In this document: positions 13,645-29,312 of the stretch, piece by piece
How the letters are laid out: each line of letters begins with the position of its first letter
How positions within the stretch are numbered: the stretch's first letter is position 1
Source: Octopus sinensis
Taxonomy: Eukaryota
Length of the DNA stretch: 64,000 nucleotides
NCBI RefSeq assembly: GCF_006345805.1
Contig: NC_042997.1
Location: 174,406,001 to 174,470,000 of the forward strand
Direction: 5' to 3'
The notes under the pieces: model-generated
What the model was told of the DNA's origin: nothing
The model's database searches: none
What the model saw: only the letters and a program-made list of their open reading frames with translations
Made by a program: the position numbers and the translations under genes

Positions 13645-14917
13645 ACTGTTGTTGTTACGGAAATTCAAGAGATTGACGTTTTGTTTGTGCTAGAAACTAA
13701 TTTTCCCTTTCTAAGAAGACACTATTAAATAAATAAATAAATAAATACATTCATACATACATTTGCTAACGTACATAATGTGTATATATTTTAAATACAG
13801 ATGCATACGAGTTAATAAGGGATTCTTTACATCGTCGATTAATCAGCTAGAAATAGTAGCCAAGTTTCCTATAACACATTCACTACCGTTTTGAAAAAGA
13901 CGATATTTAAAATGTCATTGACCAATGTAATATTAGATACACAATGCCTGTTTAAACAGATACAATACTATGTTTAAAGCCTATCTTAATCATAGATTTG
14001 CACAATTAGGTATCAGTTGAGTTAGAAAGGCAACCACAAATGCACCAACAACAAAGAATTGCATACTTACATTAAGAAAGTGCAGGAATGCAACCATACT
14101 TTGTGATGTAGTCAACATAAAATTCATGCATTCCAGCACATACTCCTGCCTCTAAAATACTCCTTCCATTCGTACAGAAGCAGGTGGTATGAATTATGTC
14201 ATAATTTCTCACGATTGCAATATTTTTCTTCCCTTCCTTTCGCCTTTAACGCCAACTTAACAATGAAATTATTATTATTAATAAGGTCATCTAGGACGGT
14301 AGCGATTCTTTATATTTATTATGACAGAAACATCTACACAGTATGCAAGAGTTAAAACAACTAAAACAACAACGCAGAGTTTAATAACAATTTCGCGAGA
14401 ATAACTTCCCAATTAACCTTACCTTGACTTCCAATGTTTGCGATGCGAAGCATGCGTACGGATTTCATTTTCGTCCAAGTATAACCCCTTTCTACCCTCA
14501 TCTAAAAATAGTCCGTCATGGTCTGCGTGTGTCTAGCAGAGAGTTTCAATGTTTCTTGATGAATGCTTTAATTACTAATTTCACTTTATCAAAATATTTG
14601 GCATAGTGTAAAATAATCATGACGCGATTATATTGCAAAAAGCAATTTCTTCGTTAATGTTCGTTTTTGATTTTTGATTTTTCTTTTTTTTTTATTTGGC
14701 GTTTTAATTTAATATAATATTTCATGTTTAGTACATATATGTATAGCATGGTGTACTTGATACTGGAAATGACATAGTATCAAATTATCCAGAACTGACT
14801 TAGGAAGATATTAATTTGGTTTGCGTCGTGTATTATACTATGTTAGATATATTGTTATGCATGCATGGTGGTGATATGTCTTTATACAAACCAACCACGG
14901 ATTGTTTGCACTGTTAT

Positions 14918-15317
14918 TCTTTTACTTGTTTCAGTCATTTGACTGCGGCCATGCTGGAGCACCGCCTTTAGTTGAGGAAATCGACCCCAGGACTTATTCT
15001 CTGTAAGCCTAGCACTTATTCTGTCGGTTTCTTTTGCCGAACCGCTAAGTTACGGGGACGTAAACACACCAGCATCGGTTGTCAAGCGATGTCGAGATGG
15101 GGGACACAAACACAGACACACAAACACACACACATATACATACATTTATACGACGGGCTTCTTTCAGTTTCCGTCTACCAAATCCACTCACAACAAGGCT
15201 TTGGTCGGCCCGAAGCTATAGTAGAAGACACTTGCCCAAGGTGCCACGCAGTGGGACTGAACCCGGAACCATGAGCTTGGTAAGCAAGCTACTTACCACA
15301 CAGTCACTCCTGCGCCT
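14918..15317 (-). mobile_element. SINE family C, full length
   Basis: Minus strand: AGGCGCAGGAG..GCTGTGTGGTAAG head, GGTTCAGTCCC B-box-like, CACCTTGGGCAAGTGTCTT CORE-like segment, internal microsatellite, tail GGCGGTGCTCCAGCATGGCCGCAGTCAAATGACTGAAACAAGTAAAAGA. Short CTGTTAT duplication on both sides. Confidence 0.9.
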
Positions 15318-15344
15318 GTTATGTCGATCTTATTAAGATTATAA

Positions 15345-15534
15345 TAAATATTCTTTTATTCTTTTACATGTTTCACTCATTGAACTGAGGCCCTACTGGG
15401 GACATGACCCTGATGCGTTTGCTGAAGCCCAGTACTTTTTCACATCTCTTTTTGCCGAATTGCTAACTTGCAAACACGTAAAGAAACTAAACATTGGTTG
15501 TAAATCGCCGGTGTGAAACAAATACATAAATGCT

Positions 15535-15581
<47 letters not shown>

Positions 15582-15600
15582 TACTTCTCAGTTTCTTCTT
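15345..15600 (-). mobile_element. Old degenerate SINE family C 3' half
   Basis: Recognisable CTTTTACATGTTTCACTCATTG, TTTTGCCGAATTGCTAA and TTGGTTGTAAATCG segments leading to (CA)n. Confidence 0.55.
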
Positions 15601-16950
15601 CCATGCCGAAATGTTGGTATACTGCCTAGTAAACATACTACCTCGATTGTCTGTTAACATACCAAAACTGACCGCCAGAAATAATACGGCAAACAGTCTC
15701 GTTTTGCTGATCACATAGTCTGCACCTCATGTTAGTATCTTATTTCACTATTGCATTTCCGATCACGCGCAGCTAGACACAAAGTTCTGTTTCTACCATT
15801 TTCTATCTATCAACGTAACTGATTTCTCTCTGTCCCGTCTTCCGGGATATCGACCATGGAGCGGTTTATCACCATTTCCTTCAGTATGTTTTGGAAATAG
15901 ATTTTAGCTTCATGTCAAATGTCTGTCGGCTAGCTGGATAGGAACTGGAAGTAAATCATGTGTAGGGTGATTACCCCTATTGAGAAATAAGGTTAACCAC
16001 CCTACTCCTAATGTTGGGGGAGTTGTGAATACATAAACGGCTTTGTTGATATATTAGCGCCTGACCATTTTGCTTGTACTAGACTGCATCTAAATCTAAC
16101 CAGACTGAAACGGTTTTCCATTCGTTTCTTGTGAAACAGGCTGATTTAACTGATTATAAAATTCTTATATTGCCAACACTCAAGCCGCGGAATAAGTTTG
16201 GAGTTGCCGTGATTGATGAGCGAGCGGCAGTTTACTGTGACAATCAAATGTACACAGATGATTCTTGGACGTTGAGTGAGAGTTGTTCTCTTTTGGTAGA
16301 CATGTTTTTCTGCAGTTCATTCCTTTGATTATGCTGCAGTCTTGTAATGTCGTGAGACGTTCACAAACCTCTACGACATGTTCAATGCAGCAGCTGGGAC
16401 TTCACCCTGCATTATATAGATGATTAATAGTAGGCATGACCGACGATGTTATCTATGCTAGATAGCTTGAGCGTAGATAAAGATCAGCTGCTTTTCCAGA
16501 GAACTTCCAGGTCAGGACTTGAAGACAAGTATATATATATGTTCCAGATAAAAATCTACCGGCGTGATAATGCCGTCAACGAGGCCAGTATAAATACGCG
16601 GCGGATAAAAAGTCTTTCACGTGATCTTTATGGTGCCAGAAGATTGCTGAATTTTAAAGCTCAGCTGAACGGCTATTATTACGATTATGTCGCCTTTGTT
16701 TGTCAGCAGATTCTAAATGAATGTAGAACACGACTTTTCTTTGACCAGGCACTGTTAGAGAGAAAGCCACACGGGTGGAATTGTTATCATCTGGGCATGT
16801 TAGAAAGATATGAAGAACCATAAAATTATTTTGCACGAACTTGTTCAGTATCCGAGCATTACTAACTTAGAGTTTTACCGAACAACTGCTGTTATAGGTA
16901 CCCAACTATCAGCCGAATCACTCATGAACATCGCTGCACCAACATCCTCC
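15580..16950 (-). mobile_element. Highly decayed RLE-type LINE (RT through CCHC)
   Basis: Minus-strand remnants: IDHVKDFLS (cf. IDYxKAFDS), LINHLY, KPLHGRYP, ETE..LAARD, CRLCDQQNETVCRIISG and AVYQHFG. Confidence 0.6.
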
Positions 16951-17244
16951 GGCCGAGATGGTTAGTTAGTTTATTTCTGCTTAATGGCTATCATGTAAGT
17001 GCTCACATGTTGGACGTAGCATGAAGGATTGACAATAGTCCGTTTCCCACGTACTTTTTCAAGCATCCTTTTTATAGGAAGGTAAATTTAGACAAAGAGG
17101 TACTACCCTCAGTAAATTTGCTGAAAAGTATGTGAGAATTACGAGCATGGCTCATGCCTTCAGGTTCGATAAAATAAGGTAACAGTTAGATACAGATAAT
17201 GATGACATCGACTAACTTTCTCTCCTCAAAAGTGTTGGCTTTTT

Positions 17245-17395
17245 AACAAAATCAGAGACAGAATCGTTACCACGCCGCACAAAATGCTTAACGTAATTTC
17301 ATCCGGCTTTACGTTTCGACCACAAATTCGAAGTCGATAAAATAAATACCACTTTTTCCACAGGGATCGATGTAATGAACCAAATCCCACACATG
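17245..17395 (+). mobile_element. Degenerate SINE family A fragment
   Basis: CAGAATCGTTACCACGCCG..AAATGCTTA, GTCGATAAAATAAATACCA and GGGATCGATGTAAT segments. Confidence 0.55.
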
Positions 17396-17539
17396 AATTG
17401 CTTGGTGTTGTGGCCATAGTAGAAAGAAATATTATTATTATTATTATTTATTATAGTTATTATTATCATTATTTATTTTTTTACCCTTTTGAATCCTCTC
17501 CTTTAAAACCTCATGCGTCGAAATCGACGGGTGTGACCA

Positions 17540-17670
17540 TCATTATTATTATCATTATCAATGTACTCGTCATCATCATCATCATCATCATCATCACCAC
17601 CACCATCATCATTATTTGTAGTTGTAATAGTAGTAGTAGCAGCAGCAGCAACATCGGCAGCAGTGGCGGC

Positions 17671-17713
<43 letters not shown>

Positions 17714-17736
17714 ACAGGGGCAGCAGTAGCAGCAGC

Positions 17737-17792
<56 letters not shown>

Positions 17793-17842
17793 TAGTAGTA
17801 GTAGTAGCAACAGGAGCAGCAGCAGTAGCAGCAGCAGCAGTT

Positions 17843-17898
<56 letters not shown>

Positions 17899-17905
17899 TG
17901 TAGTA
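17540..17905. repeat. Compound triplet microsatellite (ATC)n/(AGT)n/(AGC)n
   Basis: Directly visible; source of the poly-S, poly-V and poly-L ORFs. Confidence 0.95.
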
Positions 17906-18727
17906 TTTTATGATTTCCCCTTTCGTTTTATTGCATTATTTTGACTTTTGTTTGACGTTTTTTTTTTATTTTATTCTCCTGTTAGAGCATTCGATAAGCA
18001 ACTGGCATTAAATCATGTAAAGAAATCCTTCATTGGTAAAACCATTAACATGAACTGTCTACGCCGTATTACTGACTGCTAAAAACTTTGGTAAGAGCTA
18101 TCTATCTATATCTATAGTCAGCCATTCTGTTTTCTCTGACCAATATACTCTGGACAAAGCTATAACAATATCTATCGACATCGGGAATGCACATACATAT
18201 ATATATACATAGATATACATATATATGCATAGATGAAAATTGCATTAAATAAAGCAGTATACATGAACGCAAAAATACCATACCAAAATCTCGTTGAATG
18301 AAAGTACGACTTTGCAATACCATCCATTTTAAGTTATATATGCAAACACTTTCGAAACAGAAGAAATAAGTTGATATAAATCCTACTAAAATACATAAAT
18401 AAAAACATAACTAAATAAATAATCGGGGAGAAAATGGTCTATTTTGTATGCTTTTTTTACATGGATTTATGTTGGTTTTCCTCTTGTTGTTATTGTTGCT
18501 ATTTTGTTATTGTTACTTTTTTTTTATTTTACTTGGTTACTTTGTTTTCAAACATAAATCTGTCCTCAACTGAAACAGGGTAGAAAAACTAAATTAGATA
18601 ATATAGCAAACAGGAACCTTCTATCAAAATAATGTTCATACATTTCATTTCCTTTTTTCATTTTGCGCCATTTTCTCTCTTTATATATTTATTTTTATTT
18701 CTTTGTCGTTTACTCTTTGGGTGTAGG

Positions 18728-18808
<81 letters not shown>

Positions 18809-19167
18809 ATATATATATATTATATACATACATATATATATACATATATCTATGTGTGTGCATGTACATGTATATATGTATATACACGCATATATATATA
18901 TATGTACATGTACATGTATATATAATATATAATATATATATAATATATATATAATATATATATATACACACGCATATATATAATATACATCTATGTATAT
19001 TTACATATATATGTATATATATGTATATATGTACATATGCATACATATACATATATATTATATATATATATATATATAGTACAATAATAAGGAGGAAGTT
19101 CTTCTTACAGTATTATATAATACATATATATATACATATATACATATGTGTGCATATATCTAAATAA

Positions 19168-19199
<32 letters not shown>

Positions 19200-19627
19200 A
19201 CACACTCATACTTGCTTGACATTATTGCAGTAAAGTACCTATACACATAATGCATTATCTTTGTCTCATGTTTTTTTTCTACGTCCTTTATTTTTTCCTC
19301 TATATATCCCCTCCTTCTTGTTGCGATCGCTCTCGTTCCCTTATCTCTTTTTCGTTCCTCGGTTTTGGTAGCAATCCGCAAAAGATGTAGCAAATCAAAA
19401 CTTAGGCTATTTCCATTTAAAATGTAAAGACGCTATTTTCATTTGGTTTCAAAATGGCCGAAGAAAAACGAGTGTATGCATATCCAATTTCTCTTCTAAG
19501 AAGACTATCGTTGAATCTGAAGGAATGGGTAAAGAATTCATCTTGTGAAATTAACGCCATCATTGTTGAACCTATATTCAGAACATGTACACACACAGAC
19601 ATATATATAAATGTGCGTGTTTGTGTA

Positions 19628-19703
<76 letters not shown>

Positions 19704-20373
19704 TGCATGTACATATGTATGTATATGTAAGCATGTATGTATATAAATATGTATGTGTGTGTGCCTGTGTGTGTATAATTATATATCTGTATATATGTAT
19801 ATACATTTATATCGATGTGTATGTTTACTTATAGGTATATATATATATATATATATATATAGATAGATAGATAGATAGAATAGATAGATAGATAGATAGG
19901 TAGATAGATATATAGCTTTGTATAGATATATACATATATACCTATATATATATATATATATATACATACATATATGTATATACATACACACACATATAAA
20001 TATATATACATGTATATATATGTACGTATGTATGTATTCGTGTGTGCATGTATGCACATTTTGCAAACCACTTACATTTACATTCGGATACTTATGCACA
20101 GATAAGTACAGATATTTATGCATAAGTACAAACACGTGCACACAAGCACAAACTCATATATACTCGCCTATGCGTATGTCTGTTTTCTTGTGTGCCTGTG
20201 CATGTGTATGTATGCTTTATCGCTAACAAAACTATGTATGCGTACGTATCTCTCTCTTCCCCCCACTCTCTCTCTAAATTATATATATATACATATACAT
20301 ATACATATATATATATATGTTGACATATATATATATATGTAAACATATATATATAAACATTCATATATCTACA

Positions 20374-20461
<88 letters not shown>

Positions 20462-20919
20462 ATATCTATATATATATATATATATATATATGTAAGTATG
20501 TATGTATGTATGTATGTATGTATGTATGTATGTATGTATATATATATATTCGTCTGTGGTGGTTGTATGAATGTGTGGCCTTATTATTGAAACTCTACTG
20601 ATATGAGCAATCCCTTTTGCAGAACAGAAAAGAAAAGAAGAAATTAGAAATGGAGAAAAGAAATATAGAAAAAGCATGCGATGAAACTACGAGAACAAGA
20701 AATAATGAAATAAGAAAAACCCGAACGTCTACCCATGGGCTGTTTTAAAGCCGTCACTCACTATTCCACTTTCGTTCGGTAAATGCTAAATGCAATCTTC
20801 ATCGTTACAAGTTTTTCCCCCGCACTGAAATATCTAATCCTGTTATACATCATGAGTTATGTTTCGACGCCATTTCTTTTTTGCCTTCAGTCTCCGTCTA
20901 AAGCGATGGTGGACGCGTC

Positions 20920-21425
<506 letters not shown>

Positions 21426-21759
21426 ATATGTTCACATGCAGTGTTGTTGATAATGATGGCCGATAAAGGTTATTATTACTTTGCTTTGTTCCTTTGCTTT
21501 GTGTAATGTTAGTGTTGTTATTTTTTTCTCGGTAATTCCTGTTGCTCTCCGTTATGGCTTTGGTAAGAATGTTCTTAGTATTGCTGCTGTTGTTTTTGTT
21601 GCTGTTGCTGTTTCTTTTATTCGTGATGGTGGTAGTGCTGGTGGTGACGCAGTGGTAGAGAGCTTTATGGTTATAGTATTAGTAGAGTTATGATACGGCT
21701 TGTAATGGTGGTTGGTTGGTTGGTTGGTTGGTTGGTTGGTAGTGGGGGGTGTTCTGTGT

Positions 21760-22340
21760 GAGGATGACGATGATAATGGTAAGGATGATGATAATGATGA
21801 TGATTATGATGGTGATGGTGATGGCGTTGACGATGACGATGATGATGACGAAGATGACTTTGATGATGACGATGATGGCAATGATGATGATGATGACGAT
21901 GATGATGACGATGACGATGATGATGATGATGATGATGATGATGACGAAGATGACTTTGATGATGACGATGATGGCAATGATGATGATGATGACGATGACA
22001 ATGATGATAATGATTATGATTATGATAGTGATGGCGTTGACGATGACGATGATGATGACTTTGATGACTTTGATGATGATGATGACGATGACGATGACGA
22101 TGATGATGACGATGACGATGATGATGATGATGATGATGATGATGACGAAGATGACTTAGATGATGACGATGATGGCAATGATGATGATGACGATGACAAT
22201 GATGATAATGATTATGATTATGATGATGATGATGATGACTATGATGATGATGGTGATGATGATGACAATGATGACGATGATGATGACGACGACGATGATG
22301 ATGATGATGATGATAACTATGACGTCTACGATAATGATGA
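21760..22340. repeat. Degenerate (GAT/GAC)n array with higher-order duplicated blocks
   Basis: Block GACGAAGATGACTT(T/A)GATGATGACGATGATGGCAATG occurs three times (~21847, 21943, 22144). GATGGCGTTGACG occurs twice (~21820, 22030). Confidence 0.9.
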
Positions 22341-22634
22341 CTATGAATATTTGAGACTGGAACATTGACAGTGAGTAGGTGGTAGCTTCTGAGATGATAG
22401 AAGTACAGTGCATGTAAAGCGACAAATAAAAAGGAAATATAGAAAGGAATTAAATAAATACATGTATGAACTGATACATATATATATATAAAACATAAAG
22501 AGTAGGATAGATGCATTGTTACATATAACAGAACAGAATGGAATAAGATGGATAATAGATTGTGTGAGAGAGAGAGGGAGAGAGTGAGAAATATTGATAG
22601 ACAGACAGACACACACAGAGACAGACAGACAGAC

Positions 22635-22721
<87 letters not shown>

Positions 22722-22724
<3 letters not shown>

Positions 22725-24642
22725 GTTTCTTTATTGGCCACACAGGGCTGCACACAGATGGGACAAGTTACAAGGTAGAGCTTTTCTTTTGGGGGAGAAA
22801 AAAAAAAGGTGGCGTAGGTTCTCGATGAAAAGGGATCGTAAAAGGGAAGAAAAGAACAAAAAAAAATTTTTTTTAAATAAAAAATTTTAAAAAATATAAA
22901 TAAAAATAAAAAAGAAAAGGAAAAGGAGCAAAAGAAAAAAGAAATGAAAAAAGAAGAAAAAGGGGAAAAAGAGGAAGAGGGAAAAAAACGATCAATAGGG
23001 ATCGTGTATCACAGTGTTATGATATATGGTGTAAAGGGGAAAGCAAGTAAGGTTTATCCGTGGGAAGAAAAGCCTACGAAAAAGACCACGGTAACCTTGG
23101 TCAATATTGTTATATGTTACCACATTTGTTTGCAAGTGGGTAACCCTCTGTTTTCAATTTCTGGGTTCATAGGATTATGCTCAAGGTGGCTTCGTCATTC
23201 ATACGTGCCATCCTTGCTACATTCACCCATCTTTTTTTTAAAACATTCGCTAGACAAAACTTGCCTCTCTACTCTCACTTTCCTTTTCAAGTGGTACTTG
23301 AAGAAGTTGATGAGAGATTGACCAGAGAGGAAAGTGTTTGTCTCCAATCCTTTCAGACGCGTCCACCAGATACATTCTTTCGCCATAGCCACAAGGATGA
23401 TGAAAATAGCTCTGCCTTCCCGTTTGAAGGAAGGAGGCGTGACAATATTGACGATAGACTCAGCTGATAAACCGACTCGTCCCACACGTAACAGCAGTTG
23501 TTCGACATAAGCCCACAGGTGGGAAATTGTTGGACACTGCACGAGTGCGTGCAGAACGGTTTCGTCGCTCTGACCGCATCTCGGGCAGGTCGGCCCCGTG
23601 TTTCTCGAGCCGTGTCTGTAGAGCTTATCCCGAACGGGTAGCGCTTCTCGGTAGCACTGCCAGGCCAGGGATCTCTGGAAGTTGTCCATGGGCCCTGGGC
23701 CGAAAATCGTCCCGAATAGGCGGGTCAGGTACTCCTCGTCGACGTCCAGGTTCGCCCCGAGCTCGTCGTCGTACCTCCCCTCCACTAATCCCCTATAGAA
23801 TGCTTTGGTTGTGATGAAGTCACTCAAGGTCGACCCAGGACGGCAGAGTTGCTTGAGAGCAACGCGACACTCGCGGTGCCATTCGCCCTTCCTCGGCCTC
23901 TTTATGATCCACGACTGCAGTTCGGTCATGGAGACGAGCTGCGGGAAAGCGTGCCTCACAAACGGCGACCACACCTCTTCACCGTCGTCTACGAAGAGCC
24001 GGAGATGTCGCAGTCTCAGCGCGTGTCTGCGCATCATCAACCACGGCATGCCCAGTCCTCCTTTTAACGGGTGTTGACAGCAAATGGATCGCCTGACCAT
24101 CGGGACGCATCCTTTCCACAAGAAGCGAAAGAGAATGCGTTGTAGTTTGGTGATGGTAGGGTCGGGACAAGGCACGACGGTCAGGCGGTAGTAGATGACG
24201 GACGCGATGTACGTGTTCGCCACCTCCGCCCGACCTTTTAGGGACAGTTTCCTCTCGGCCCATTGCCGGGCGAGAGTGACCACCCTACTCGTTATCTCGT
24301 TCCAGTTCCTCTCCACTTGGAGGTCCGGACCAAACCAGACCCCGAGCAACTCAACCGGGCCGTCGGTCCAGCGTCCCACGACGGAGGCGCTGGTAGACGG
24401 CATGGGCTTGCTTCTCCAGGTGCCTAGTCGCAAGCCCACTGACTTTTCCCGGTTGATTTTCCCTCCTGTCACCGCTTCGTAGTTTTTCAGTGTCTCGCCG
24501 ACCTGCTCGATGTGCTCGTGGCTAGACACTATGACGGTGACGTCGTCCGCGTATGTAGACACGCTCGTCCCGCATCCCGGTTCTCCCGGGATGCCCCTCA
24601 AAGTTGCCAGCTTCCGCAATAATGGCTCGAGAGTCAATACGT
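22722..24642 (-). mobile_element. Tx1/L1-clade LINE, 5'-truncated copy 1 (C-terminal RT, zf-RVT-like finger, 3' UTR)
   Basis: ORF track 23195-24922: LTLEPLL, YADDVT, INREKS, LLGVWFG, LSLKGRAEVAN, GGLGMP and CPRCGQSDETVLHALVQC. 3' end CAATAAAGAAACTTAT abuts (TATC)n and the 5' junction enters TATC-like repeats. Confidence 0.95.
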
Positions 24643-24692
24643 GATAGATAGGTAGGTAGGTAGATAGATAGTTAGACAGACAGATAGATAGA

Positions 24693-25050
24693 TAAGTTTC
24701 TTTATTGGCCACACAGGGCTGCACACAGATGGGACAAGTTACAAGGTAGAGCTTTTCTTTTCGGGGATGAAAAAAAAACAAAAAACAAAGGAAACAAAAA
24801 AGAAGGTGGCGTAGGTTTTCGATCAAAAGGGATCGTAAAAGGGGAAAAAAGAGCAAAAAATAATAAAAAAGGAAAAGGAGCAACAAAAAAAGGGGGGAGG
24901 GGAAGAGGAAAAAAATGATCAATAGGGATCGTGTATCACAGTGTTATGATGTAAGGTGTAAAGGGGAAAGCAAGTAAGGTTTATCCGTGGGAAGAAAAGC
25001 CTACGAAAAAGACCACAGTAACCTTGGTCAATATTGTTATATTTTACCAA
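24693..25050 (-). mobile_element. Tx1 LINE copy 2 (3' UTR only)
   Basis: Near-identical to 22722-23120, with (GATA)-type repeats on both sides. Confidence 0.93.
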
Positions 25051-25450
<400 letters not shown>

Positions 25451-25969
25451 GTAGATACATTCATAAACAGATTGATTGACTCAATGAAGGAGGATTGACT
25501 GATTGGTCGCTTTAGAGAAAGAGAAATTAAAAAGACAAAATATGACGTAGGTTGTAATAGGAAAAATAAGCATGAAAGGGAACGTAAAAATAAAACATAG
25601 AAAGAAAGAAAGACAAGAGAGCGGAATGAGAGATGAAAAGAACTATCCAGTGAGAGAGATAGAGAGAGAGAGAGAGAGGGGGAAAGGTGGAGAAGGAAAG
25701 AATGCGGAAGAAGAAAATAGAATAAAAATGAAAAAGCAAAATGGTGCGTTTAAAATATTGTGTTTAAAATATTGAAGCATATTAAATGACTTTGGAATAT
25801 ATGTCATGTAAGTGGTTTAAATGTTTCATTACAATTATTAAGCAACCAATCGGTTCATCTGATGTTCTGGCTTACTACATATACTCTATAGATAATACAT
25901 ATATGCATAAACATAGACTTGCTCTTACATACTTATACATACATAAATAACACACACACACACGCACAC

Positions 25970-26019
<50 letters not shown>

Positions 26020-27421
26020 CACTATGCATATATATATATATATATTATATATATATATATATATATAATATATATATATATATACTTTACCTATACACTA
26101 TACATTTATACCATACATTTACATATACAATGGATGGTGTAAACTGATATAAAAATTTTAATATAGATAGAAAAATGGTAATATGTAGGAGAGAGTATTA
26201 TATTTTATTTAAATGCTTTTCCTGTTTGTTTTCTTTAACTTTTGGGTGGGCAATCTCGGTATGGCATATATAGCGGCCATCTTTATTTTTATTTGCTTTC
26301 TTTCGTCAACAGAAGAATTTTTATTTTGATATTTGAATTGATTTCAAACAGTTTGTCTTTTGCTTCCCAATGCCTTATATGTTTTCTCTTTCTCATAGTA
26401 TTTTCGCTGACACTTGACCTGCCAGAAACAATATATATAGATGTATATATATGTATATTTGTATATGTGTGTATGTATATGTATTTTTATATATACAACC
26501 ATCAACTAAAGAAGGCTTTGCTCAAGCAAAAAATATTCTTAAATATAAAGAGATTGATGCTTATGATTAGATTGTCTTCGATCAGAAGTCTGATTTATCA
26601 GGGTTTATAGAATGCCTAAAAGTGGTCTTTTGACTTGCTAGAAGTAGCAGAGAAACTTTCTTTAAATCATATTCTTTCGTCCTCACAAATGCATCGCTGA
26701 CTAAAGCGAACTATGTAGTGAAATACATTATTCCTGAAGGAAAAAAGTGGAATGGTCATTGTTGGAATGCTTTTGATCTTGTAGCTGACTACATAAAGAT
26801 CATCAAAGACGATATATTGTTACTTAAGCCATATACACTGCACTAAGTGTTGCAACAGTATTAGTGGAATGAGAAAGTGGGAGAGACAGAAATAATAAAT
26901 GGGATTTTGTTTTTAGTTCGAGACAGTGGAGTTATTACCCTTGCATAGATTTGAGGTGGTGTAGTTGTTTAGGTCTATCTAAACTGTAAGAGAAAACGAA
27001 CGGGAAAATATTTTGTCTCAAAAAACGAAGGAGCAGATACAGTTTAAACCAATTAACAAAAAACATTACATATGTACGAATGAATTATCTAAGAACAATG
27101 AATAGATTAACTGAAATAGTAAATAATTAATGGCTGATTCATATCCATATATAAGCATAAATGTACACACTCCGACATACATACGTACATACATAAGAAT
27201 ATATATATATATATATATATATATAGGGAAGTGAAAAATATTATATAGGGAAATCAATATATAGATATATATATGATTTGAAAATATATATAGGGAAATG
27301 AATATATATATATATATCAAAATAAGCCAGAAGGATATCCAGAGGTAATGCAGTACGATCGTTTCATGCGACTCCATTTAATTGAACAATGAAAATATTA
27401 CATCAATTTAAAATGTAGAGC

Positions 27422-27473
<52 letters not shown>

Positions 27474-27928
27474 ATAGAATTTTAGAAAATAGCGAAAGAG
27501 TGGTTTAAATGTTTATATTATAACATCTCAAATAGTATGTTATGCACACTGCGTAAACGATTGTATTATAGGGCTGATGCGCCAGATCTTCAGAAGAATA
27601 TTGTAATTCATTTCAGTGCTACGTATCAACAGAGGTTGGATGACTGTTCAAAGCCGCAATTGTTTAACTGCCAAGACTCAACGTTTACCACTCGATTGAA
27701 ATTTGTACGTACAATGACTTACATGGAGTGCTAAATATTTGGTTAACTATCTCAACTATCTCCCGTGGTGTAGCACTACTAATCTACACACGCACATACA
27801 CACACATAGTTTGAGTGTTTATAATTACTTGAATTCATATAGCATTCTCTTTTGAGTTTCCGATGTGTTCCTGCATACATGTGAGTGAATGTGTGTGTGT
27901 ACGTGTGTGTTTGTGTGTGTGTGTGTGG

Positions 27929-27959
<31 letters not shown>

Positions 27960-28683
27960 TGTGTTTAACTCTAAATAGTGTAGGTCAAAACAATATAAAT
28001 GTCGTGCATTTTCATGAGCAGAGAAAAGAAAACAAGATCATAAATACGCAGTTAAGTAATTTACACAAATGAGAATAATTAGAACGAAATTAAAATTATT
28101 ATATTTCGTAAGGTAAATCAGTAAACTGTTCTAAACACATCCACAGCCTCTTTCTTAATCTCACTCTAAGTGTGTGCGTGTGTAAGCGTGCTTATACGTG
28201 CATATATGTGTATGTGTGTACACATATAGTATATATACACCCACGCACAGATACATATGCACAGATATACCGGGGAAGAAAGAGAGAGGAGTGATAGATA
28301 GACAGATAGATAGATAGACAGATAGATAGATAGATAAGCAGATATATGTATGTATATTTGTATTAGCATGGATGCGTGTACATTTGAGTGTGTATGTGTG
28401 TGTATGTGTATATTCATATATACATATATATATATGTATATATATAGATAAGTTGAGTGTAGAAATTCGGGGTGAGTACTTGATAATTATAAGCACCTGT
28501 GTATACCGTTTGGTGGTGTAGGTGGTGGTGCGCGGCTGAAGAAGGCCACAGACATACATTATGATTTGTTATGAATCTGTCTAATAAAGGCCCGAAACAT
28601 ATGTACCGCTGATCCTTCGCCTCATGTTTTTATTTTTATTTTTATTTTTATTTTTATTTTTATTTTGATCAATATATATATAT

Positions 28684-28730
<47 letters not shown>

Positions 28731-29312
28731 TACATATATATGTATATGGAAGAGAAAGAGAGGGAGAGAGAGAGAAAGAGAGAGTGGGAGAGAGAGAAGG
28801 TAATCTCGTTTTCAAAAGAAAAAATTATCTGTAATCATGTTATATATTATATACAAGTGCTTAATAGCCTATCCTATTCGCGTCGGTGAACATTTTATTC
28901 GATTAATCATTCTTGATAACCAAAAATTTGAAGCATTCTTTAATTACCTTACTGTAGAGGTCACTGCAGAGGTTACCACCGAGGTCAGCAAAAAGATAAT
29001 TGCAGCCAGGCAATAACGAAATACCAAAAACCACACGGCGAACAATGTGCAACTTTCTTCACTTTAAAATAATACTACATTACACGGGTGGCTGCAGTGT
29101 GATTCGAACTACACATGCGAATTAATTGCATGTTCTGTAAAATGTTAACCTGCATTGTTATAGCTGTCGTTGCCCTTGTCACTATCGTCATGATTTTCTT
29201 ATCGTTTTTTTTTTTCTCTCTCTCTCTCTCTTCTGGCCGTCTTTGGCGCGTCCTACTTCGTAGCTAAACTATTAATCCTGAAATGGTTCTATTGATCTTT
29301 TTTATATATATA

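Noticed and set aside
16446-16823. 125-aa plus-strand ORF
   Set aside because: It lies antisense to decayed RT motifs and has no recognisable domain.
23195-24922. 575-aa ORF as a complete gene
   Set aside because: It is a truncated LINE ORF2 fused in frame, through a GATA spacer, to the 3' UTR of the neighbouring copy. The N-terminal ~95 residues are non-coding in origin.
26630-26850. ~70-codon protein-like open frame (…ANYVVKYIIPEGKKWNGHCWNAFDLVADYIK…)
   Set aside because: No start codon, splice sites or recognisable motif.
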